The translations under genes and the position numbers were made by a program. The notes under the pieces are model-generated. The model was not told where the DNA came from. It searched no databases and saw nothing but the letters and a program-made list of their open reading frames with translations. From the NCBI GenBank assembly GCA_029882955.1, contig JAOUJX010000002.1:1-33726 (forward strand): a DNA stretch of 33,726 nt, in the 5' to 3' direction. Of the stretch, positions 29,349 through 33,726 are shown piece by piece; within the stretch, counting starts at the first letter, position 1, and each line of letters opens with the position of its first letter. This DNA comes from Gammaproteobacteria bacterium (GTDB lineage: Bacteria > Pseudomonadota > Gammaproteobacteria > GCA-001735895).

Positions 29349-31523
29349 TCAAACAGCCTGCAAATTTGCCATCTCAACCATCAACCACTTACTGCCCGCT
29401 TGCTCAAAATTCACCTGTACACGAGACTGGCTACCCTGGCCTTCGAGATTAAGAATAATACCGTCACCAAATTTAGCGTGATTCACCCGCTGGCCGATGT
29501 TAAGACCGGTATCCGCCTCGGCTTGCTGGCGACCAAAATTGCCGGTGTCGTGGTAAGTCGGTCGACTCAACTGCGCCTTGGGACGAATTTCCTGCATGGT
29601 GTCATCGGGAATTTCTCGAATAAAACGTGATGCTAAATTGTAATTCTCGCTACCATAGAGACGGCGAATCTCGGCGCTGGTGACGATTAATTGTTCGCGT
29701 GCCCGGGTAATGCCGACATAACAAAGCCTGCGTTCTTCTTCCATTTTGCCGGGTTCCTCGGCGGAGCGTTGGTGCGGGAACAGGCCTTCTTCCATACCCA
29801 CCAGAAAAACCAGCGGAAATTCCAGCCCCTTTACCGAATGCAAAGTCATTAACTGTACGCAGTCTTCCCAGGCATCAGCCTGGCCTTCCCCGGCTTCGAG
29901 CGCGGCATGGGCGAGGAAAGCATCAAGCGTGCTCATGTTTTCGTCTTCGAGCTCGACATCGATTTTAAAGCCCTTACCCGCACCGACCAGTTCCTGCAGG
30001 TTTTCAAGCCGCGACTGGCCTTTTTCGGTCTTGTCTTTGGCGAAATGCGCGTTCAACCCGGCAGCGTCGATGCACTGTTTGATTTGCGCATCGAGTCCTT
30101 GCGGCAATAGTTCGGTTTGCATACCCTGAATTAGGTCGATATATCCCTGCAGAGCGGTTTTGGCGCGCGCCGTCAACTGGTCCGATTCGACCAGCGCCAG
30201 GGATGCACTCCATAACGATTGCGAATGAGTATTTGCCTGCTCGCGAATTTGATCGATAGTTTTCTGGCCGATACCTCGCGGTGGATGATTCACCGTACGC
30301 TCGAAAGCATGATCGGCCAGCGGGTTGCTGAGCATGCGCAAGTAGGCGAGGGTATCCTTCACTTCGGCGCGCTCGAAAAAGCGCAAACCGCCGTAGACCC
30401 GATAAGGCATACCCCGGGTTATCAGCACTTCTTCGAATTGACGCGACTGCGCGTTCGAGCGATAAAGCACCGCGACTTCATTGCGGCTTCGGCCCTGATC
30501 GACCCAGTCCTGAATGCGATCGATGACAAAGCGGGCTTCGTCTCTTTCGTTATAGGCGGCGTAATACAGAATCGGCTCGCCTTCACCGCTATCGGTCCAC
30601 AGCTCCTTACCGAGTCGACCGCGATTATTGTCAATTAAAGCATTCGCGGCTTTTAATATCGTGCCGGTTGAACGATAGTTCTGTTCGAGCCGGATGGTCT
30701 GCGCATTGCCAAAATCGCGTTCGAAATGCTGTATATTTTCGATGCGCGCGCCACGCCAGCCGTAGATAGACTGATCATCGTCACCCACCACGAACACTGG
30801 TGTCTGTGGCCCTGCAAGCAGTCGTAACCAGGCGTACTGAATCGCATTGGTATCCTGAAATTCGTCAACCAGAATATGCTGGAAACGTCGCTGATAATGA
30901 CCGCGGATGTCGTCGTTATCGCGAATGAGCTCTAGCGCACGCAATAGCAGTTCGGCAAAATCGACTACCCCGGCACGGTCGCAATGTTCTTCGTAAAGCC
31001 GGTATATTTCGCGCAACTGCTGCTGTATCGGATCATTACCCGGGTCAATATTGGCCGCGCGCAGGCCTTCATCTTTATGGTGATTGATGTACCACTGCGC
31101 CTGCTTCGGGGGCCAGCTGGCATCATCCAGATCGAGTTGCCGGATCACACGCTTGACCATGCGTAGCTGATCGTCGCTATCGAGAATCTGGAAGCTCTGC
31201 GGCAGTTTTGCGGCCTGCCAGTGAGCGCGTAACATACGATGCGCAAGACCATGAAAGGTGCCTACCCACATTGCCGCAGCAGAGATACCCAGCAGGGCTT
31301 CGACACGAGAGCGCATTTCAGCCGCGGCCTTATTGGTAAAGGTTACGGCCAGTACGCTAAATGGCGACAAGCCACCGACCTGACAAACCCAGGCGATACG
31401 GTGAGTTAAAACACGTGTTTTACCGCTGCCGGCACCGGCCAGGATCAATAATGGGCCGGGTTCAGCGCTAACTGCCTGGCGTTGAGGGTCGTTGAGGGAA
31501 TCCAGCAGGTGGGAGACATCCAT
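29349..31523 (-). CDS. uvrD: DNA helicase II
   Basis: 724 aa. The N-terminus MDVSHLLDSLNDPQRQAVSAEPGPLLILAGAGSGKTRVLTHRIAW is nearly colinear with E. coli UvrD as I recall it. Walker A is AGAGSGKT and motif II is VDEFQDTN. The C-terminal tail ends GQRVNHAKFGDGIIL. Confidence 0.93.
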   Translation of the reverse strand: MDVSHLLDSLNDPQRQAVSAEPGPLLILAGAGSGKTRVLTHRIAWVCQVGGLSPFSVLAVTFTNKAAAEMRSRVEALLGISAAAMWVGTFHGLAHRMLRAHWQAAKLPQSFQILDSDDQLRMVKRVIRQLDLDDASWPPKQAQWYINHHKDEGLRAANIDPGNDPIQQQLREIYRLYEEHCDRAGVVDFAELLLRALELIRDNDDIRGHYQRRFQHILVDEFQDTNAIQYAWLRLLAGPQTPVFVVGDDDQSIYGWRGARIENIQHFERDFGNAQTIRLEQNYRSTGTILKAANALIDNNRGRLGKELWTDSGEGEPILYYAAYNERDEARFVIDRIQDWVDQGRSRNEVAVLYRSNAQSRQFEEVLITRGMPYRVYGGLRFFERAEVKDTLAYLRMLSNPLADHAFERTVNHPPRGIGQKTIDQIREQANTHSQSLWSASLALVESDQLTARAKTALQGYIDLIQGMQTELLPQGLDAQIKQCIDAAGLNAHFAKDKTEKGQSRLENLQELVGAGKGFKIDVELEDENMSTLDAFLAHAALEAGEGQADAWEDCVQLMTLHSVKGLEFPLVFLVGMEEGLFPHQRSAEEPGKMEEERRLCYVGITRAREQLIVTSAEIRRLYGSENYNLASRFIREIPDDTMQEIRPKAQLSRPTYHDTGNFGRQQAEADTGLNIGQRVNHAKFGDGIILNLEGQGSQSRVQVNFEQAGSKWLMVEMANLQAV

Positions 31524-31588
31524 TGATATGACAATTCTTAAGAACTAAAACAGGGGGGAATTGTATCAGGAATTATCCCGCAACAGGG

Positions 31589-31909
31589 TTATACGTATTG
31601 GTCGAGTATGCGCCCGCGAGGGTCCCTATCCGGGGATAGCGATTCGCCCGTGCTATAACTTTCTATAGCCTGGCGATTCCGGGGTGCTATATGCTGGTTA
31701 TACTGAGGTTGATGACGTTTCTCATTTTCGACTGCATCGAGCAGTTCACCGCGAAAGACATAATCCGACGCTGCACTGCCTGATCGTGCCTGCACCTCAC
31801 GGCGCGAGTCTTCCGCAGGCGGTCGCTCGCGGTTAAAATTCGGGTTCTGGCCGTTCTGATACGGGGAGTATGGTAGCGCCAGATTGTTTAGGGTGGCTCG
31901 AGTATTCAA
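31589..31909 (-). CDS. Hypothetical low-complexity (P/Q/N/R-rich) protein, doubtful
   Basis: 106-codon frame that fills the moaE-uvrD gap. Third positions look coding-like. However, the only start is TTG, there is no SD, there is no internal Met, and I recognise no motif. Confidence 0.3.
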   Translation of the reverse strand: MNTRATLNNLALPYSPYQNGQNPNFNRERPPAEDSRREVQARSGSAASDYVFRGELLDAVENEKRHQPQYNQHIAPRNRQAIESYSTGESLSPDRDPRGRILDQYV

Positions 31910-32015
31910 AACAGGATCATGCTTGAGTCAGGGATGTTTAATTTTATTGATCACGATTTTATCAAGAAGTTAGATCAGATTCGTGAAAATACTGCTCATT
32001 TTTACGATCTGTAAA

Positions 32016-32462
32016 CTATTCCCATCGGTTTTTCGCCTCATCATCGCTGTTTTTGGCCTCGACCCAGGCGCTGCCCTGTGTGTCGGTCTCTTTTTTCCAG
32101 AAGGGCGCCTCGGTTTTCAGATAATCCATGATGAATTCACAGGCCGCGAAGGCGTCTTTGCGATGCGCCGATAACACGCTCACCATGACGATTTGATCGG
32201 CTGGCCTCAATTCGCCGACACGATGGATGACCGCGCAATCGACCACTTCCCAGCGCTTGCTGGCTTTATCGATAATCGATTGCAGCGACTTTTCAGTCAT
32301 GCCCGGATAATGCTCCAGCGTCATGTGTTGCAACGGCGCATCGGGCAGATCACGCACCAGGCCGATAAAGGTCGCTACTGCACCCACATCCGTGCGCGAG
32401 CCGAGTAATTGGCGGTTTACTGCGGCGACATCAAAATCTTTTTCCTGCACTTCGATAATCAT
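32016..32462 (-). CDS. moaE: Molybdopterin synthase catalytic subunit
   Basis: 148 aa with MoaE-like blocks (GAVATFIGLVRD, HYPGMTEK, VMVSVLSAHRKDAF.ACEFIMDYLK..APFWKKE). Confidence 0.88.
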   Translation of the reverse strand: MIIEVQEKDFDVAAVNRQLLGSRTDVGAVATFIGLVRDLPDAPLQHMTLEHYPGMTEKSLQSIIDKASKRWEVVDCAVIHRVGELRPADQIVMVSVLSAHRKDAFAACEFIMDYLKTEAPFWKKETDTQGSAWVEAKNSDDEAKNRWE

Positions 32463-32474
32463 TATTGGCTCCGA

Positions 32475-33713
32475 TTAATCCAGAAACTGTGCGTAGGGCA
32501 GATAATCGACCTTGTCGCCGGCCTTCAAAGTCCGACCTTCGGCGATCTCGACAAACCCCTGTCCCCAGACAGTCGAGGTCAGAACCCCCGAATCTTGATT
32601 AGGATAAATTCTCGCCACCAGTCGCCCCTCTTCATCGGGCTCCAGGCGCGCGCGTAAAAACTCCCGGCGTGAATCGGGCTTCGGCCAGTCAAATCCGGCG
32701 ACTACCGGGATACCCACCGGTTTTTGCCAGTTCCGCCCCTGTAAAGTTTTGATCAAGGGGCAAACAAAAAGGCAGAAGGTTGCGAATACCGAGACCGGAT
32801 TTCCGGGTAGGCCAATAAATGCAGTATGGTTGATCTGACCAAAGGCCAGCGGCTTACCGGGCTTAATGCGCAAACGCCATAAATGTAATTGTCCCAGTTG
32901 CTCGATAGCAATCCGCACGTGATCTTCTTCACCAACCGAAACCCCGCCGCAGGTAACCACCAGATCGGCTTTTGCCGAAGCTTCAAGCATCGCTTTTTTG
33001 GTCGCTTCCAGGGTATCACCCACGAGACCCAGATCGACTATGTCGCAGCCCAGTGACTTCAATAAACCATACAGGGTATAACGATTCGAATCATAAATCT
33101 GGCCTTCTGCGAGCGCCTGCCCGGGTTCGACCAGTTCGTCGCCGGTGAAAAACATACCCACGCGGATTTTATCGAACACCGGCAGGCTTTGCAGACCCAC
33201 CGACGCCGCCAGGCCAATATCCTGTGCGCGCAATCGAGTCCCTTTTTGCAGGATAGTATGGCCTGCTTTTATGTCGTTGCCGGCGGGGCGAATGTTGTTA
33301 CCCGCTTCGGGTCGAGTATGGAAACTAATCGTATTGTTTTCGAGTTCGACCTGCTCCTGCATGATCACCGTATTCGCAGCTTCGGGTATCGGTGCGCCGG
33401 TAAAGATACGCGCGGCAGTTCCCGCTGCCAGTTTAGCGCCAGTAAAGCCTGCGGCAATACGTTGCGAAACCGGTAATATCGTCGCGCCAGCTGATGCCAG
33501 GTCCGCCGTGTTAAAGGCATAACCATCCATCGCCGAATTATCGACGGATGGGACATTAATCGATGCCTGCTGTGTCTCGGCCAATACTTCACCCAGCGCC
33601 TGCATTAACGGCTTTTGGCTAACGCCGGGGACAGTCGATAAATGGCTGATTAATTCATCCAGCGCCGCATCATAAGCCAGCAGCGGGATCTCGGGGGTGT
33701 CACATTGATTCAT
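32475..33713 (-). CDS. moeA: Molybdopterin molybdenumtransferase
   Basis: 412 aa with the MoeA N-domain (NVPSVDNSAMDGYA), the MoCF-binding domain (DLVVTCGGVSVGEEDH) and LPGNPVS. Confidence 0.9.
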   Translation of the reverse strand: MNQCDTPEIPLLAYDAALDELISHLSTVPGVSQKPLMQALGEVLAETQQASINVPSVDNSAMDGYAFNTADLASAGATILPVSQRIAAGFTGAKLAAGTAARIFTGAPIPEAANTVIMQEQVELENNTISFHTRPEAGNNIRPAGNDIKAGHTILQKGTRLRAQDIGLAASVGLQSLPVFDKIRVGMFFTGDELVEPGQALAEGQIYDSNRYTLYGLLKSLGCDIVDLGLVGDTLEATKKAMLEASAKADLVVTCGGVSVGEEDHVRIAIEQLGQLHLWRLRIKPGKPLAFGQINHTAFIGLPGNPVSVFATFCLFVCPLIKTLQGRNWQKPVGIPVVAGFDWPKPDSRREFLRARLEPDEEGRLVARIYPNQDSGVLTSTVWGQGFVEIAEGRTLKAGDKVDYLPYAQFLD

Positions 33714-33726
33714 GATTAAATTCTAT

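Noticed and set aside
31524-31588. Searched for a LexA/SOS box (CTG-N10-CAG) upstream of uvrD
   Set aside because: Several CTG triplets occur, but none has a CAG partner at the correct spacing, so I make no SOS-box call.

Overview
Chromosomal window from a gammaproteobacterium with mid-range GC. The core gene order matches Pseudomonas-type synteny as I remember it. About 70% is conserved housekeeping sequence. Left to right: a PrpF-like fragment, ubiA, a gamma-carbonic-anhydrase-like protein, a 54-aa rubredoxin missing from the ORF track, and a LysR regulator. Next comes proB-obg-rpmA-rplU on the minus strand, followed by a more AT-rich, ORF-poor accessory stretch of about 5.3 kb (5932-11266). 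That stretch holds an XRE regulator divergent from a secreted VIT+vWA protein, a tiny membrane ORF, and a decayed VapBC-type toxin-antitoxin pair, and it ends at the 3' end of tRNA-Met. The core resumes with ychF-pth-rplY(ctc)-prs-tRNA-Gln-ispE-lolB-TPR lipoprotein on the minus strand, divergent from hemA-prfA-prmC. A second accessory stretch (22026-28054) holds an orphan 127-aa protein, a beta-hydroxyacid dehydrogenase, a 943-aa Sec-type multicopper oxidase, a strong intrinsic terminator, and a SCO1/SenC-cytochrome c fusion. The window ends with kynU, uvrD, a doubtful disordered ORF, moaE and moeA on the minus strand. I saw no CRISPR array, IS element, integrase, rRNA or recognisable defence system. 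The best candidate for an under-described system is the oxidase plus SCO-cytochrome c pair. The XRE/VIT-vWA pair and the tRNA-Met-linked island remnant come second. All family calls rest on motifs read by eye and recalled family signatures, since no searches were run.
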